From Hormiphora californensis (taxonomy: Eukaryota; Animalia; Ctenophora), in assembly GCA_020137815.1 (NCBI GenBank), contig CM035358.1, positions 1,116,001 through 1,180,000 on the forward strand: a stretch of 64,000 bases of DNA, given 5' to 3'. A model generated the notes under the pieces. That model made no database searches, was not told the DNA's origin, and saw nothing but the letters and a program-made list of their open reading frames with translations. The position numbers and the translations under genes are program-made. Below, piece by piece: positions 62,106 to 64,000 of this stretch; position 1 is the stretch's first letter; every line of letters starts with the position of its first letter.

Positions 62106-63037
62106 ATGTCACGTGTGACATGGGTAAAAACTGGTGGTAGAACAGTCGGTGTTTCCTTTCTTCCACCCGTACAACAAGCCCCTAAAAAACCTCGAAAGCC
62201 ACTCCAAACATCTCACCTACCCCACATTGACCTGCCTCCAGATAGTCCATTATCTGATCCAACCACTCCTGACCGCTCACCACCCCGCTGTCTCACTGTC
62301 AAGAGATCCCCAACTGCCCCTGATCTAGCTACCCTAGCAGCAGCTAATTCAACTGTAGAGCTCCTCACTAGATCCTCTCCCGGGTTGATTGCTGGTGATG
62401 AGGGGAGGTGTAGGAACCAGGGTACCCAAACTAGGGTGATCCAGTTGTCACCTGACTCCTGGAGCAGTGTAGAGATACGGGGCGGCGGGGGTGATGTTAA
62501 TGGAGATCATTTGGAGATGTTTTTAGATGTTACTTTGGAGGATTTGGAGAAATCACCTGAACCAAATGTGATAGGGCATTCAGGAGACTCCATGAAATCA
62601 TCTAATATCCCGCCAAGTCCTGTCTCAATTAGGAAACCAGACTCAGAAGAAGAGACAACCAACTCAGTCAGCCTAAACTCAAGTCAAGATCATATATTAT
62701 CAACCCCTGTATCAGATCAATCTACTGCTGTATTAACCCCTGTATCAGATCATTCTGGCTCTGTTTCAACAACAACAGATCCAAAATGCCCGAATTCACG
62801 TGACAAACACACCACATTGTCACGTGACAAACACACGGGAAGACCCCCTCGACCAAGGTTGGACTTCAACAGGTTACCACGTGGCAGAAACAATAGTGGG
62901 GTACTAATGAATGGAGAAAGGGAGGTTGGGTCTGTACTAAGGAATGGAGAGGTTGGGTTTGTGGATCAGATAAATGTACCGGGGTTACTAACACCCTCAC
63001 CGTCTCCGGAGCGGTCCTGTCCAGGGAAATCATGCAG
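62106..63037 (+). CDS. Large Pro/Ser-rich first coding exon of a further gene or isoform, continuing beyond the window
   Basis: 311-codon ORF with its own ATG (in-frame stop just upstream), ending at donor AG|GTAATT (63038); low-complexity disordered composition. Confidence 0.65.
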
Positions 63038-63357
63038 GTAATTACAATAATCTCTTTCTGATATTATCCTCCCTGATCTTTGACGTCATAGTCAGGGCAT
63101 ATGATGCCAAAATATGGGCATAATTGTTATCAAGCTGATTCCACTCCTAGTAGGCTCTAATAGGTCCCTAGAAACACCAAAAAAATTGGCCGCGGTTTTA
63201 TCAATGAAGAAGTTGGGTTTTTGGGCCACGCCCTTTTACCTATGTTTTTAGCCTTCTGGTGAAACCCAAAACGGGGCTTAGGAAAGGAGTAGAGACAAAT
63301 CTAAGGACACTAAATGTGTAGCGTCTTCGCATTAGTGGGGGTAGGTGCGGAAATTTA

Positions 63358-63791
63358 GGCCGGGTCCAGACGAGTGGTAGGTAGCTACTATGGTAGGCTA
63401 CCATGGTAAGCTACCATAGTAGCTGGGAACTGTCCAGACGATTGGTAGTAAAGCTACTATGGTAGGCTAGCTACCACTCGTATGGCCACCCTCTGACACA
63501 TCTACCATGATACTTCTGTAATCATCGGGGGTATCAAATTTCTTATGTCCCACAGTAAGATATGACAACAAGTTACAATGGTAGGCGGTCAGAGGGTGAA
63601 CAGACGAGTGACCACCTACTATAGTAGCCTACCATAGTAAGCTACTATAGTAGGCGGTTATACCTCGACCTATAACCGCCTACCATAGTAGCTTATGGTA
63701 GATATAGGTGTACAAACGAGTGGTAGCTGTGGTAGATATCTACCATAGTAGCCTACCATAGTAGCTACCTACTACTCGTCTGGACCCGGCC
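63358..63791. mobile_element. PIF/Harbinger (Tourist)-like MITE with long TIRs and CTACCATAGTAG-type internal repeats
   Basis: TTA|GGCCGGGTCCAGACGAGT(G)GTAGGTAGCTACTATGG ... CCATAGTAGCTACCTACTACTCGTCTGGACCCGGCC|TAA. Confidence 0.8.
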
Positions 63792-64000
63792 TAAGTCTCT
63801 ATCTCATCTGGTTAATTAGATAATTGGATAATTAGATATGTGTATAACCGTATTTTGGCTATATGGCTATAGCCACTTAGGAATGGTTTAGAGACTTTTC
63901 ATTCGTGCCATTTTGTAGGCAATAGCCAAGTTATGGGGGGTCCACGTCGAACTTTTAAGCTTTATCTCTAACCGTTTGGCCGCTATTTGGCTTTAAAGAT

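Overview
This is eukaryotic, intron-rich animal DNA with dense (GA)n/(CT)n microsatellites, a 100-N gap at 32433-32532 and several low-quality, homopolymer-inflated tracts. The short hAT-type MITE at 59488 resembles repeats I recall from Pleurobrachia gene models, so a ctenophore origin is likely (recollection, not a search result). Genes recovered by hand-splicing GT-AG exons: a frameshift-ridden multi-PDZ gene (-); an INPP5E-like 5-phosphatase (-) whose C-terminal catalytic exons are absent; a secreted Sushi/CCP protein (+); a CUB-like protein with NLS motifs (+); an FCHO1/2-like F-BAR gene (-) that runs into the gap; and a giant disordered/SAH/coiled-coil protein with a 4.1-kb exon (+). Mobile DNA includes two kb-scale near-perfect foldback transposons (CAC..GTG ends with a 4-bp TSD; TTAA-GG ends), several MITEs, and a decayed RTE-type LINE capped by a 356-bp tandem array. 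Top leads: (1) a spliced, apparently alternative terminal exon pair at 30546-31257 encoding a catalytically degenerate R2/Hero-type restriction-like endonuclease fold, joined to an SV40-like NLS; (2) a 3.1-kb palindrome duplicating the 5' end of the PDZ gene around its promoter (real, or an assembly foldback); (3) recurrent long intronic hairpins and many RFX X-box-like motifs.
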